Of a stretch of 64,000 nucleotides of DNA, positions 1 through 9,951 are shown piece by piece. This stretch comes from Aureliella helgolandensis (lineage in GTDB: Bacteria; Planctomycetota; Planctomycetia; Pirellulales; Pirellulaceae). Each line of letters opens with the position of its first letter. The stretch's first letter is position 1. The notes beneath the pieces were generated by a model, which had not been told where the DNA came from, made no database searches, and saw only the letters and a program-made list of their open reading frames with translations. The stretch spans positions 5,516,859 to 5,580,858 of the forward strand of contig NZ_CP036298.1 of NCBI RefSeq assembly GCF_007752135.1, written 5' to 3'. The position numbers and the translations under genes are program-made.

Positions 1-267
1 CCTCCTTTCCAATGAAGAGTAAACTTGGATGCGATCTATCGATTAGGTAATCCGGCACATCTTCCCATCGCAAGCCTTTGACTGATGCAATCGCTTCTAT
101 AGCTTCCGGTATTTCTGTTTCCAAAGAAATTTCATTCAAATTCTTTGTAATTTCAGAAGGGCAGTAGTTACTGTGAAGGCGATCATAAATAAATGCGATT
201 AGTTGAAGATATGTCTGCAGTTCGGTCTCGAATGAATGAGAATTGCTGTCGTCGGGTTCAAGCATTT
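1..267 (-). CDS. Partial hypothetical protein (runs off the window edge). It lies immediately downstream of RHS toxin cassette 1, so it is a candidate cognate immunity protein.
   Basis: Open minus-strand frame from ATG at 267 to the window edge (MLEPDDSNSHSFETELQTYLQLIAFIYDRL...), positioned as in toxin-immunity pairs. Confidence 0.3.
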
Positions 268-404
268 GGATGAGCCTTCGCGCAGGCGGTACATTTTCGA
301 GAACCTTTTTGCGCGTCAAATTCCTGATCTTTATGGGTTTGCCAGGAGGAATGAGATCGATTGAAGCATTTATTGGAAAAACTCCTTCGTCGATTTACGC
401 ACGT

Positions 405-1262
405 CTACGAAATTGCAGACGGTGCGAGCATTTGCTCCGGTGTTAGACTCCAGTCACATCGACCGCTTCTCCCCCGCAGCTTGCAACTCCTTGGTTGGTC
501 ACAGACTGCATGTACTAGTGCACTCTGACCAAGTTTGTAGGCATCCGAGCACTTTGGCTTGGGGCAACGTCGTTTTTTGGGAATCCTTGGTGGCTTGAAC
601 CATGGAGCCACTGCAACAGCGACTCTGCGTCCGAGAATCAAACCACACCCACCGCAAGCGCCAGAGCAAGCCCATTTGTGCCATCGTGGCATCAGTTGCC
701 ATGTCAGCTTCCAGCAATCAGCGTCCGTACCACAGTAGTAAACTGCAGGCCCTAAGCAAGCTGCACAGCCACCGCATGTCCCAACCGCCCAGGCCAAGAG
801 ACCAAGAGGATCACTATTGGTTGCGGGGTTAGCGTTCCCGTATTCATAGTATAGATCTTCTTCGAGATAGTACCCGATAGGATCTTTGGAGCAAGTGACC
901 AATCGAGCGCTACCAGCATAGACTGATTTGCGTAAGTCGCTGCAATATGTTGAGTTAGCTCGCAGAGATGGTTGGCCAGTGTAACTACGATCCTGCCCAC
1001 GCGCGTAAGGCGAGGTTTTGAAGTGGGTTTCAGTGCTGTGAGCGAAGGCGACCATGCCTGCTATTGTAAGGCTTCGCCATGACCGCTCGCTATAGTTCAA
1101 CTGACGGATTCTTCGGAACTCCAGAGCCGCTTGCTGAGGCGAGGTTTTCGCAACCATGCGTTCCAGCGAACTTAGCATCCAGCCGCCGCGGCCCTCAATC
1201 CGGCGATCATCCATGCTCGCCGTCTCGCTCCGCGTTTCCTTGATCTTTCTTAGGAGCATCAT
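405..1262 (-). CDS. Orphan RHS/YD-repeat C-terminal toxin cassette 1: RHS core end followed by a Cys-rich variable tip.
   Basis: Protein contains ...CSKDPIGYYLEEDLYYEYGNANPATNSDPLGL, matching the RHS core terminus (DPIGxxGGxNLYAYxxNPxxxxDPxGL), then a Cys-rich C-terminal domain. The N-terminal MVAFAHSTE...YARGQDR segment is shared with cassette 2. Confidence 0.6.
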   Translation of the reverse strand: MMLLRKIKETRSETASMDDRRIEGRGGWMLSSLERMVAKTSPQQAALEFRRIRQLNYSERSWRSLTIAGMVAFAHSTETHFKTSPYARGQDRSYTGQPSLRANSTYCSDLRKSVYAGSARLVTCSKDPIGYYLEEDLYYEYGNANPATNSDPLGLLAWAVGTCGGCAACLGPAVYYCGTDADCWKLTWQLMPRWHKWACSGACGGCGLILGRRVAVAVAPWFKPPRIPKKRRCPKPKCSDAYKLGQSALVHAVCDQPRSCKLRGRSGRCDWSLTPEQMLAPSAIS

Positions 1263-1405
1263 GACCAGAATGCAATCGACACTCTCCCTCTCGCATCACT
1301 CCGCTAACATCAGCGCACGCGCGGCAGGTGTGGCGGATTCAATTTGCTAAATCATCAACTCGCCTGCCTGCCTTGCCTAAAAGGCATCTTTAATTGTATT
1401 CGACA

Positions 1406-1801
1406 TCAACCAGTGCCTAAGTCACGTTCTTTTTGATCAAGCAGGCTTAACGCAAACTCTGCATGTTGCCGAACTTCCAAATTTTCGCACTTGCGGTGAC
1501 GCTCTATTACTTGCGCCGCAGGTCCACAGAGTTTGTGGTATGGCGTGCTGGAAGTCTGGCAAATAACATGCGCGAGTGAAGTCGTAGCTCGCGCTATTGC
1601 AAACGTCTCAAAAATTCCCGCGTTCGCTGAAATCTGAGGAGATTGTTGGAGAAATTTTATCAATGCTAATGCAACATCTCCTCGTGGATCTATACACGAA
1701 CCGGCGAACGTTGTAGCCCAACACCTGTCCCGAGCGTCAGGTGATACTAACTTTCTTAAAACATCTTTGATTTGATTCGCGGACATATTCACACCTTGCA
1801 A
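1406..1801 (-). CDS. Hypothetical protein, candidate immunity protein for RHS cassette 2 (start abuts the toxin stop).
   Basis: ATG at 1801 lies directly after the cassette-2 stop (1802), the usual toxin-immunity coupling. No recognisable domain. Confidence 0.45.
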   Translation of the reverse strand: MQGVNMSANQIKDVLRKLVSPDARDRCWATTFAGSCIDPRGDVALALIKFLQQSPQISANAGIFETFAIARATTSLAHVICQTSSTPYHKLCGPAAQVIERHRKCENLEVRQHAEFALSLLDQKERDLGTG

Positions 1802-2680
1802 TCAGGGCGGTGGAAATCTTTCGTCTGGCATTGGCGGTTTACCAGGAGGTTGATTCGGTGGGACGCAAGCAGAGAATGGAAAGTCCGCCCAGCACTCTGC
1901 AGGATCCTTGCACTCGCAACTTGTATCGATAATCGACCCTATGTTTTGCTGATTCCCTGTCTGAATTTCGCAGCACAAACATTGACCACCTGGGCATGTG
2001 GGCCATTTAGGACGTGGAGTTGGCGGGGCAATATCGATTGGGATTACATCGATATCCACTCTGGGCAAAGTGGACGCAATTACGGCTACGCCAATTACCG
2101 TAGCCGCAGTACATGCCTTTATGGCTCCACCTGGTCCCGGCAACGATGGATTACATGCAAAAGTTGTCGCAGTTACCCCGAGACACGGCGAGCATCGTGA
2201 AGATCTCGTTGTTGTTGTTCGATAAACTTGGTATCCAACAAATCCATCGATTCCCATTTCCAAACAAGTCGAAAGTGGATTATTACCACCGGTAAGTGGA
2301 GCGCGAATCCTGCGTCTTGACGTGCCCCACCACCAACCTGGCATATCGAACTGACATGTGACGCTATACGTAACCGATGTTGAACTTTCTGTAAGACAAC
2401 TTCCACTAAGCATTGTGGAGGACAGGCCCGATGGATCGCCGTATGTCATCGGGCGTCCGCCAACTAAAACGTAGAGCCCCAAGAAACCGCCTTCGAACCG
2501 GATCGGATCTTTGGAGCAAGACTCCAATCGAACGTTCCGGCCAGGGCTCGAACGGCGCAAGAGGGGACGTGTGCTCGACTTGGAACGCCGCGAAGCACAG
2601 ATGGTGCGCGTACGATCCTGCCCGCGCGCGCGAGGTGCGGTTCTGACAGAGAATTCAGCGGTTGGAGCGAAGGCGACCAT
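1802..2680 (-). CDS. Orphan RHS C-terminal toxin cassette 2 (RHS core end plus Cys/Pro-rich variable tip).
   Basis: CSKDPIRFEGGFLGLYVLVGGRPMTYGDPSGL motif, then a divergent Cys-rich tail. Begins with MVAFAPTAEF...RARGQDR like cassette 1. Confidence 0.6.
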   Translation of the reverse strand: MVAFAPTAEFSVRTAPRARGQDRTRTICASRRSKSSTRPLLRRSSPGRNVRLESCSKDPIRFEGGFLGLYVLVGGRPMTYGDPSGLSSTMLSGSCLTESSTSVTYSVTCQFDMPGWWWGTSRRRIRAPLTGGNNPLSTCLEMGIDGFVGYQVYRTTTTRSSRCSPCLGVTATTFACNPSLPGPGGAIKACTAATVIGVAVIASTLPRVDIDVIPIDIAPPTPRPKWPTCPGGQCLCCEIQTGNQQNIGSIIDTSCECKDPAECWADFPFSACVPPNQPPGKPPMPDERFPPP

Positions 2681-2788
2681 GCCACCAATTGTAAATGATC
2701 AGCGTAGTCGCAACTGAGCCAGCGCGCGGTCGTGTAGAGTCCGCCAACTCCTGAAAACAGGGTTTGCCCCAACGAAGTCCGCATTTTT

Positions 2789-3163
2789 TTAGGTTTCTTC
2801 GTGCTCCAGACCTGTTCGTACAAGATCATCGACCGGTATAGCCGCAGCGTCGATTTCGCCAACGGCTAGGTCCGCACCAGGTGGGACGAACTCTATCCAA
2901 TATTCGTTTGGTTCCTGGTTGCTCAAATTACTGGGCCAATTCGAGACAACACCCGATTTCCCTCGCAGCTCTACCAGGAAATGCGAACTCGAAACTGTTA
3001 CTCGATCACCATATCTCAACATGCTCTTTACCACATTCGCCCCGGACTTCCTGTGGGAGGTAACGGAATGGAAGGGCGTTCGGGTTCCGGCGTTACGGGT
3101 ACGACCGGAGCGGGGACCGCACCACAACCACCAAAACGACGATAGGGTCCGAAACATACGCAT
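2789..3163 (-). CDS. Hypothetical small protein, candidate immunity gene for cassette 3. The true start is probably the internal Met near 3022.
   Basis: ORF just downstream of the cassette-3 tail. The N-terminal part overlaps another frame; the internal start MLRYGDRVTV... is more plausible. Confidence 0.3.
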   Translation of the reverse strand: MRMFRTLSSFWWLWCGPRSGRTRNAGTRTPFHSVTSHRKSGANVVKSMLRYGDRVTVSSSHFLVELRGKSGVVSNWPSNLSNQEPNEYWIEFVPPGADLAVGEIDAAAIPVDDLVRTGLEHEET

Positions 3164-3184
3164 GTCGCTGGGTTCTGATTATAA

Positions 3185-3640
3185 TCATAATAGTGCCAAT
3201 GAGTCATGCTTCCCGTCCTGGCCAAGCAACCACCATGATCGTGGGTAGTATCGGTCACGGGGGGGCGGCGGAGTCGGGCAAGGAGGACAATTACTTGGCG
3301 GTTGATCCGAATCCCACATCCAATAGCACACTTTCGTGAGCACGGGCTTGGTACATTTCTGCCCAATTTGGTGGAAGACATAAGTGCAGACCAATATCGC
3401 AGCTACCTGTGGTGGCTTCGGACCTGCTCCGACACCAGGAGGAGGTCTGACAGGAATTCGCTCTAGCAAGCCGTCGGGATCCAAGCTTACCAAAGGGCGG
3501 TTAGTAACGTATGCAAAGAGATTCCAAGCCCCCCCTTCATACCCGATAGGATCCTTGGAGCGGAGTGCGACATCCTGCCTTAACAGCCTTTATCGGCATC
3601 CTGCCTCGGTTCGCAGGGTTGTTTCTCTGAAGCGAACTCC
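3185..3640 (-). CDS. Orphan RHS C-terminal toxin cassette 3 with no start codon (silent, recombination-substrate cassette).
   Basis: In-frame translation gives ...RSKDPIGYEGGAWNLFAYVTNRPLVSLDPDGLLERIP..., a textbook RHS core terminus. The frame is closed by TAA about 30 codons upstream of the motif, and the only Met is MVSL at 3493, inside the DPxGL motif. Confidence 0.5.
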
Positions 3641-3888
3641 GTACGCCCTGAACGGTTTCGACCTTGCCACCGAATTAGCAGGTTTGCACCGTTACCCGCG
3701 AGAGTACCGATGATGAGTCCTATGCCCGTAAATGTCAGCACAGTCCAGTGAAAACTCATCCCTTGGTTCTGATCCGCCTCCATAACGTAGCTCTCGAATG
3801 GGAGAGCGAGACGCGTGGAAATCAACCCGGTAAGGGCCCCGCTAACTATTCCAACAGCTACGATCGACTTTTGATTGATTAGAGCCAT
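3580..3888 (-). CDS. Small two-transmembrane-helix protein, candidate immunity protein for cassette 4.
   Basis: Hydrophobic helices (IVAVGIVSGALTGLISTRLAL; LTFTGIGLIIGTLAG); located directly downstream of the toxin stop at 3934. Confidence 0.4.
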   Translation of the reverse strand: MALINQKSIVAVGIVSGALTGLISTRLALPFESYVMEADQNQGMSFHWTVLTFTGIGLIIGTLAGNGANLLIRWQGRNRSGRTEFASEKQPCEPRQDADKGC

Positions 3889-3933
3889 ACATGTCTTTCC
3901 ACATTCAACCGAGAGACCAAGCCAGACCGACCG

Positions 3934-4557
3934 CTATCTCGTTCCAACGTAGACGTGGCAACTGCTAAACAGACCGTTCCACCACCAAGTCGAGCCGTGA
4001 TCGTAAAACAGATCTTCATACATATCATTATCTTGTTCCGGAGTTTGCGGATACGTCTCTGTGACATTTCCTGCAAACATCAAACTGCTGACAGTTTGGC
4101 ACTTGATTTTCTTTGGTTTGACCCACACACCTAAGCAGGCCGCAATTTCTGTGCAGAGATCGACTCCCCCGCCACTTCCATCGCCACTGCTACAAGATCC
4201 TTGATTAGCGGGGCCGGCTACTTCGCAGCAGTAGTAACCGCCGCAAGGCTTATCGACACAAATCTTCGAATGGTCACCAGGACTCGAACCGCCAAGCCAA
4301 TAGCTGCCTGTTCCCTCTGGATCAATTCTTTTCGATGGCTGGCTTCGCTCGAACTCATAAAGATTTTCACCATCCGCATACCCAATCGGATCCCTGGAGC
4401 AGAATCTCACTAAATTGGCGTCGTAAAGTCCAGCTCTGCAATAGTACAGCTTCGGCGTGTCGTCCCATTCGCGGTCTGTGTAAGTGTAACGATTACTGTG
4501 CGAAGAGCTACTGCGAGGGTGCCCTATGCATCGGTACTCCACAAGCGATGTAGGCAT
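3934..4557 (-). CDS. Orphan RHS C-terminal toxin cassette 4 (last YD repeat, core end, then Cys/Gly-rich tip).
   Basis: YYCRAGLYDANLVRFCSRDPIGYADGENLYEFERSQPSKRIDPEGT matches the RHS terminus RYYDPxxGRFxSxDPIG...DPxG. The variable tail follows. Confidence 0.6.
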   Translation of the reverse strand: MPTSLVEYRCIGHPRSSSSHSNRYTYTDREWDDTPKLYYCRAGLYDANLVRFCSRDPIGYADGENLYEFERSQPSKRIDPEGTGSYWLGGSSPGDHSKICVDKPCGGYYCCEVAGPANQGSCSSGDGSGGGVDLCTEIAACLGVWVKPKKIKCQTVSSLMFAGNVTETYPQTPEQDNDMYEDLFYDHGSTWWWNGLFSSCHVYVGTR

Positions 4558-4729
4558 TATGCGCTACAGTACTTGCCGCTGAACTGGTCAGTGCCGTTAC
4601 ACTGTATTGTTGATTTCAGTGGCAGCAGACACCCACACTCCCCGTCGGTCGATATTGATCTCGTAAGACTGGCTCGTTGGAAAGCGGCAAGCACCCCATT
4701 CACCGAACTCGCGAGCTACGACACCATTC

Positions 4730-5782
4730 CTACCGCCCCCAGAACCTACGCTGATTGGCCCTCCAGCGTTCAACGTCGATGTACGGCTTGCGCTGTGGAT
4801 CGGGAGCCGGTTTTGGCTTGACCGGTACCTTGCGGCGTTCTTCTTCAACCAGCCGGACTCCGCAGTAGTGCCCAGCAGCACAGGCATTGTACAGTGCATC
4901 GAACCAGTGGTTTTGCTTCCGCTTGCGGTCCCACTTGGTCACCATGCCCTTGCCTGAGATGAACTCCTCGGTCTTGACTTCAGCGGTCAGGTGCTTGGCG
5001 AAGGACAGGTGTTCCGTTGCACTGGCTTGGAAGAGTGTAATGGCTCCCACTCGGCTCGTGGGCGTGCTGAGACGTTGGTGTACCCAGGTCTTCCAGTGAT
5101 CCGCATCGACCTCCGCTAGGTAGACATTTGCATTGGGCAGCCAGTTGATATGGAAGCCTTCCCCCAGGTGCTGAACGACAGAGCCAGTTTGCGTCTCACG
5201 ATTCTGCCACTGCTGATGTTGCTGCGAGGCGCCACGCCCCACCGAGGGAATAAAGCGATTGCCCGACTCTCGATTGAATGCATACACCACGTCGGTCATG
5301 TAGCCAGCGTCGATGAAGCATAACTGGGGTATTAGTGTCTCACCTCCCACGACGCCAATGGGCCAGCCTGCGAGCACCATGGCTCGGAACTGTCGTAGGG
5401 CTACCATCGTTGCCTGCTCAACGCCCAGGTCGTCCGAGGCCACTTCAATGCGTCCGTAGTCCACAACGTGTCCATAGGGGCCTGCCGACCACGCTACCAC
5501 AACCCAATGATTGAGGTACTTGCCCAGATCCATCGCGATGGTGAGCGTGACCGTCAACCAACTTCGCATTAAGTATGCGGACGTATTTGGTGAGGGGACC
5601 AACGGTCGGAACAAAGTCTGGTTGCTCAAACGGATTGCTTGGCGAATGCAGGCCAACGAGGAAGGTGATCTTTCCGAACGGGCTCGTAAACGGGCCATTG
5701 AAATTGCGAACGATGCAGACCTACGGATGCTGCCGCCACGACGACCCAAGCTATCGGCCGACTCCTCCGAGCGGACCGTCAC
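4730..5782 (-). pseudogene. Phage terminase large subunit (GpA-like) C-terminal fragment. The N-terminal ATPase region is absent.
   Basis: C-terminus ...KWDRKRKQNHWFDALYNACAAGHYCGVRL resembles the GpA terminase nuclease tail (NHxLDxxVYAxAAA). Only about 350 aa are present, and the 5' end overlaps the DUF2924 gene. Confidence 0.45.
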
Positions 5783-6002
5783 GAAGAAAATCGGGATTGC
5801 TCAATCCAACGAGCTTCTTCCCGGTACCAAACTTCAGCGGGTCTACAAGGGAGAAACGTTCTCGGTCACGGTGCTGGAAAGTGGATTTGAGTTCCAAGGT
5901 GAACGCTTCAAATCACTGACTGCGGTTGCCAAGGCTGTCACCGGGAAGCACTGGAACGGCTTTCACTTCTTCGGCCTGCGTCAACCAAGGAGTGCCAAAT
6001 GA
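5511..6002 (+). CDS. DUF2924-family protein, the usual partner of large serine recombinases in integrative elements.
   Basis: Motifs RIAWRMQA, LSERARKRAIEIAN and GxxLxRxYKGETxxVTVLESGFEFxGERFKSLTAVAKAVTGxHWNGFxFFGL typify DUF2924. The stop overlaps the recombinase start. Confidence 0.6.
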   Translation: MRYLPRSIAMVSVTVNQLRIKYADVFGEGTNGRNKVWLLKRIAWRMQANEEGDLSERARKRAIEIANDADLRMLPPRRPKLSADSSERTVTKKIGIAQSNELLPGTKLQRVYKGETFSVTVLESGFEFQGERFKSLTAVAKAVTGKHWNGFHFFGLRQPRSAK

Positions 6003-7558
6003 GCGGTCGAACAAAAGAGAAGCCGCCTGCTAGAGACGTCGTGCGGTGTGCAATTTACACACGCAAGTCGACGGAGGAGGGACTTGAGCAGGAGTTCAAT
6101 TCCCTCGATGCCCAGCGCGAGGCAGGGGAAGCGTACATCAAGAGCCAGCAGCATGAGGGCTGGGTGTGCGTGCCGGATGCGTACGATGACGGTGGATTCA
6201 CCGGCGCCAATATGGAACGTCCAGCTCTGCGACGACTGCTCTGCAACATCGAAGAGGGGAAGGTAGACTGCGTCGTCGTTTACAAGGTCGATCGACTGTC
6301 TCGCAACCTGATGGACTTCGGACGCATCATCGAAATACTCGACAGGCACAATGTGGCGTTCGTATCGGTAACTCAATCATTTAACACTTCGACATCGATG
6401 GGGCGACTGATCCTGAACGTGCTCCTGTCCTTCGCCCAGTTCGAACGGGAAATGATTAGCGAGCGCACCAGGGATAAAATTGCAGCCGCGCGACGCAAGG
6501 GCAAATGGTCTGGAGGCATGCCTGTCCTGGGCTACGATGTGGTCAATACAAAACTGGTGGTAGACGAATGCGAAGCAGGGCGGGTGCGAGAGATCTTTCG
6601 GCTGTACCTCGATCAACAATCCCTGTTGGACGTTGCCAAGGAAATCAACGCGCGGGGCTGGCGCACCAAGCGTTGGGTCACCAAGAAGTCCGAGGTGCGC
6701 GGTGGAAAGCTCTTCGACAAGGGTTCGCTGCATCGACTGCTAACCAACGTTGTCTACATCGGCAAGCTCACTTATAAGACTGAAGTCCATGAGGGCGAGC
6801 ATGAAGCCATCGTGGACCTTGATGCGTTCAACCAGGCTCAGGCGCTGCTTGAGCGGAATGGGAGAAGTGGTGGGCGAGAAGTCCGGAACAAGCACAATGC
6901 TCTATTGCGGGGCTTGATGCACTGCGGGGCCTGCGACTGCGGCATGAGCCATTCGTATTCCAAGAAGGGTAGCAAGCTCTACAGATACTACGTCTGCCAC
7001 AGGGCGCAAAAGCGGGGCTGGGAGGAGTGCCCTGCGCCATCACTCCCGGCGGGGGAGATTGAGCGATTCGTAATTGACCAGATTAAACGCATTGGCCGAG
7101 ATCCGGCCCTGATTCGCACCACGTTGGCGCAGGTGCAACGACAATCGGACGAGGAACTCCAACGCCTAGCGGCTGAGAAAACGGCACTGGGCCGCGATGT
7201 GCGGCAAGACTACGTCGAGGTTGGCAGATTGGCGGGTACCGCAATGGCTGGCGATCCAAGACTGTTGGAGGTTCAAACTCGAATCCGGGATGCTGAACGT
7301 CGGATGACCGTCATCGGAGAAGAGCTGGCATCGCTGAAATCGCAGGTGATTGATGAAAAGGACGTAGTAGCCTCCCTGGGGGAATTCGACAGCACCTGGG
7401 AAGCACTCGCACCACGGGAACAGGCCCGCGTACTGGAGTTGCTCATTGAACGAGTTACCTACGATGCCGACACCAGCACGCTGTCGATCACTTATCGACC
7501 AACCGGTATCAAGTCGCTGGCCAAGAAGGGTATTGATCGAATTGAGGAAGCAGCATGA
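5999..7558 (+). CDS. Large serine recombinase (resolvase/invertase N-domain, recombinase domain, zinc ribbon).
   Basis: N-terminal CAIYTRKSTEEG...SLDAQRE...VVVYKVDRLSRNLMDF catalytic-serine motif; central recombinase domain; Cys cluster CGACDCG...C...C. Confidence 0.9.
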   Translation: MSGRTKEKPPARDVVRCAIYTRKSTEEGLEQEFNSLDAQREAGEAYIKSQQHEGWVCVPDAYDDGGFTGANMERPALRRLLCNIEEGKVDCVVVYKVDRLSRNLMDFGRIIEILDRHNVAFVSVTQSFNTSTSMGRLILNVLLSFAQFEREMISERTRDKIAAARRKGKWSGGMPVLGYDVVNTKLVVDECEAGRVREIFRLYLDQQSLLDVAKEINARGWRTKRWVTKKSEVRGGKLFDKGSLHRLLTNVVYIGKLTYKTEVHEGEHEAIVDLDAFNQAQALLERNGRSGGREVRNKHNALLRGLMHCGACDCGMSHSYSKKGSKLYRYYVCHRAQKRGWEECPAPSLPAGEIERFVIDQIKRIGRDPALIRTTLAQVQRQSDEELQRLAAEKTALGRDVRQDYVEVGRLAGTAMAGDPRLLEVQTRIRDAERRMTVIGEELASLKSQVIDEKDVVASLGEFDSTWEALAPREQARVLELLIERVTYDADTSTLSITYRPTGIKSLAKKGIDRIEEAA

Positions 7559-7941
7559 TTCAGACTCAACACAAGATTCATTTCAAATCGGGAAGGCGCT
7601 CGCGTAAGGAACTGTCGGATGGGGTCGCCGTAGCTCAGCCAAAGGGTCGGCTGCCTCGCATTACCAAGTTGATGGCTCTGGCGATTCGTCTTGACCATCT
7701 CATCAAGACTGGGCAAGTAACCGATCAAGCAGAGCTGGCACGCGTGGGGCATGTATCGCGGGCGCGGCTCACTCAAATTATGAATCTGCTCTATCTGGCG
7801 CCGGACATCCAAGAGGAGCTACTGCACCTGCCAGTCACGGTGAACGGACAAGATGCAATGATTGAACGGGACCTGAGGGCGATTGCGGGGATGGCGAGTT
7901 GGAAGAAGCAGCGGTTAAAGTGGAAACGGATTCACTCGTAG
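7555..7941 (+). CDS. Small hypothetical HTH-like protein translationally coupled to the recombinase. It has a paralogue at 12401-12778.
   Basis: ATGA overlap with the recombinase stop. Shares ITKLxALAIxxDHLIxxGxVxxQAELARxGxVSRxRLxQIxNLLxLAPxIQ with ORF 12401-12778. Confidence 0.5.
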   Translation: MIQTQHKIHFKSGRRSRKELSDGVAVAQPKGRLPRITKLMALAIRLDHLIKTGQVTDQAELARVGHVSRARLTQIMNLLYLAPDIQEELLHLPVTVNGQDAMIERDLRAIAGMASWKKQRLKWKRIHS

Positions 7942-8139
7942 CAAAGTTTCAAGTTCCACTTGTGGATCTGCAGACTTACCGACTGTCGATCGGTGACCTC
8001 ATTTAGGCTATTTTTGGTGGGAGTTACAGCAGGCTTCCTACAACTATGATGAAGAGATGCAAACTGAACGGCAATCGGATTGCGGTTTTGCGTCTCGCTG
8101 GGGCCCACGGAGGTCGAGTTGCTAGGCCAAGGAGCAACG

Positions 8140-9057
8140 CTAGGTCAATCTTGCTGAAGGATCGCCAGGCTCGTTCTCTGGTAATGCCCCCGCTTCGACT
8201 ATCTCCTGTAGCTGCTCCAGAACGTCAGGATAGCCCTTCGATAAAAAACGGACAATTCTCGCGTTGTCGAGGAGCTTACGAAGGTAGCCTGTAATAATCA
8301 CCAAGTGAAGAACATTTTTGCCATGGGATCCCTCGATTGCCTTCAGCTCGCGAACTAGTACCCGAGACTCCTGCTCGATTCGGGCTAAATCGTCATTTGA
8401 CATAATCTCCGGTCCACTGTCTCGGACCGCATCAATTTGCAATTCAGCTGGAGTTGCAAAGACAAGGCATTTCATGTACCCAATCGAATAGTTGTGTGAG
8501 GCTGTCATTAGTTGGGCAATTTCTATTTGCCTGATCGGACGGACCTTTCGTAATTCTCTGATCGCTACTGCAGATGTGCGCTTACCGCGCAGTATATGAA
8601 TAGCTTCTTTACAGATGCCGTCGAGCAGGTCCCGCTTCTGACGGATTGAAGCAGGGTCAACATTGAGCGCCCTCGCGATTCGCTCCTCCGAGACGCCGTT
8701 CTTAATCGCCTTTAGTATCATGAAGTGCTCTTGGATCGCCGTTAGGCGATTAATTTTATGATTGAAAGTGAAGCCTTCGTCGTCGGTGGCTATGAGACAC
8801 TTGGCCTCTTTCGCCCCTAAATCAGAAAGAATCGCGTGCCGTATGTGCCCGTCCAATATCATGAACTGGCCCTCTAGCTGAGCCTGTGGGAAAACCACGA
8901 GTGGCTCAATAAGCCCAAGTTCCCTTATGGAAGCTTCAATACAGGAATACTTTGGTGTTTTGAGTAAGCCGGCCGACAAGATGCGGACTGGCAATAGGCT
9001 CGCAAGCGGCACGATGACGACTTCTGATTTACAAGCCAATTGGACTTTTTGATTCAT
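8140..9057 (-). CDS. ParB/Srx-fold (ParB N-terminal domain) protein with HTH, copy 2 of a tandem pair.
   Basis: VVIVPLASLLP...ELGLIEPLVV...FMILDGHIRHAI matches the ParB N-terminal nuclease/CTPase-like domain. HTH-like segment VSEERIARALNVDPASIRQ. Start overlaps the upstream ParB-like stop (ATGA). Confidence 0.7.
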   Translation of the reverse strand: MNQKVQLACKSEVVIVPLASLLPVRILSAGLLKTPKYSCIEASIRELGLIEPLVVFPQAQLEGQFMILDGHIRHAILSDLGAKEAKCLIATDDEGFTFNHKINRLTAIQEHFMILKAIKNGVSEERIARALNVDPASIRQKRDLLDGICKEAIHILRGKRTSAVAIRELRKVRPIRQIEIAQLMTASHNYSIGYMKCLVFATPAELQIDAVRDSGPEIMSNDDLARIEQESRVLVRELKAIEGSHGKNVLHLVIITGYLRKLLDNARIVRFLSKGYPDVLEQLQEIVEAGALPENEPGDPSARLT

Positions 9058-9950
9058 TTGTCTGTTCCGTCCTGACGAATGCGCTCGGCAAGCAACTGCG
9101 GCATTGAATCGAGTTGCTCCGCTTTCAAGAGCGTTTGGAACTGATCGTCCTTGTATAATTCGGTGAATGCTGAGATCGCCATTAGCAGTCGACTTTCGCA
9201 GGCCTTCGTCTTGCGGATCAGCATTTTTTGCCTGAGAGTTTCATCCTGATAGGTCTGCACCAACGACTTGCTTGTCACTCCATCTGCCGGTGTCTTTCTC
9301 ACCGACGATCTTGGGCGTTTCCCGCCATTTTGGCGCTGTTCAATGATGCGCTTAGCGCGCACAAGCGCGTCGCCCCGCAGTACGTTATTTTCATATGCTT
9401 CCTGGAGTGCAATCTGGACCCCCTTGTCGTCCGACGTTGCGATCACCACCGCGACACTCACAGCCAGAACCCCCTTTTCGATCGCAAGCAACAGACGCTC
9501 TTCTCCTTTCTCCAGGAGTTTCAGGAGTCCACGAATGTAGGTGACGTCAAGATCAGTCTTTTTCGCTATTTCACCCGCCGTGTATCCCCGTTCCTTGAGC
9601 ACACCGAGTTCGCGCACTAGTTCCACACCGGAATGTTTTCGTCGTGCCAAATTTTCAGCAAGACTCATCAGCATTAAATCTTCTTTTGCCCCTTCAGCAA
9701 TAATGCATGGAATTTCCTGCTGTTCGAGAGCGATATAAGCCTCGAGCCTACCCTGGCCGCAAACAAGGTTGTAAGCGAACGCATCATTCTTGATTCCTGC
9801 GGCGACTACCGTTACCGGCTTCTTTAATCCGATGGCTGCTATGTTAGATTTGATCTGGTCGAACTTCTTTCGGCCTCGCTCGCGTGGGTTCAGAACCGAG
9901 ATTTGTGCCACTGGAATCATTACAATATCGCTTCGAAACGTAACTGCCAA
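9054..9950 (-). CDS. ParB/Spo0J-like protein (ParB N-domain plus HTH), copy 1 of a tandem pair.
   Basis: IPVAQISVLNPRERGRKKFDQIKSNIAAIGLKKPVTV...GQGRLEAYIAL ParB box motifs; HTH YTAGEIAKKTDLDVTYIRGLL. No ParA-type ATPase is present nearby. Confidence 0.7.
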   Translation of the reverse strand: MAVTFRSDIVMIPVAQISVLNPRERGRKKFDQIKSNIAAIGLKKPVTVVAAGIKNDAFAYNLVCGQGRLEAYIALEQQEIPCIIAEGAKEDLMLMSLAENLARRKHSGVELVRELGVLKERGYTAGEIAKKTDLDVTYIRGLLKLLEKGEERLLLAIEKGVLAVSVAVVIATSDDKGVQIALQEAYENNVLRGDALVRAKRIIEQRQNGGKRPRSSVRKTPADGVTSKSLVQTYQDETLRQKMLIRKTKACESRLLMAISAFTELYKDDQFQTLLKAEQLDSMPQLLAERIRQDGTDK

Positions 9951-9951
9951 C

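Noticed and set aside
5575-5919. 114-aa ORF in an alternative frame inside the DUF2924 gene
   Set aside because: Fully nested in a different frame of a gene with recognisable family motifs.
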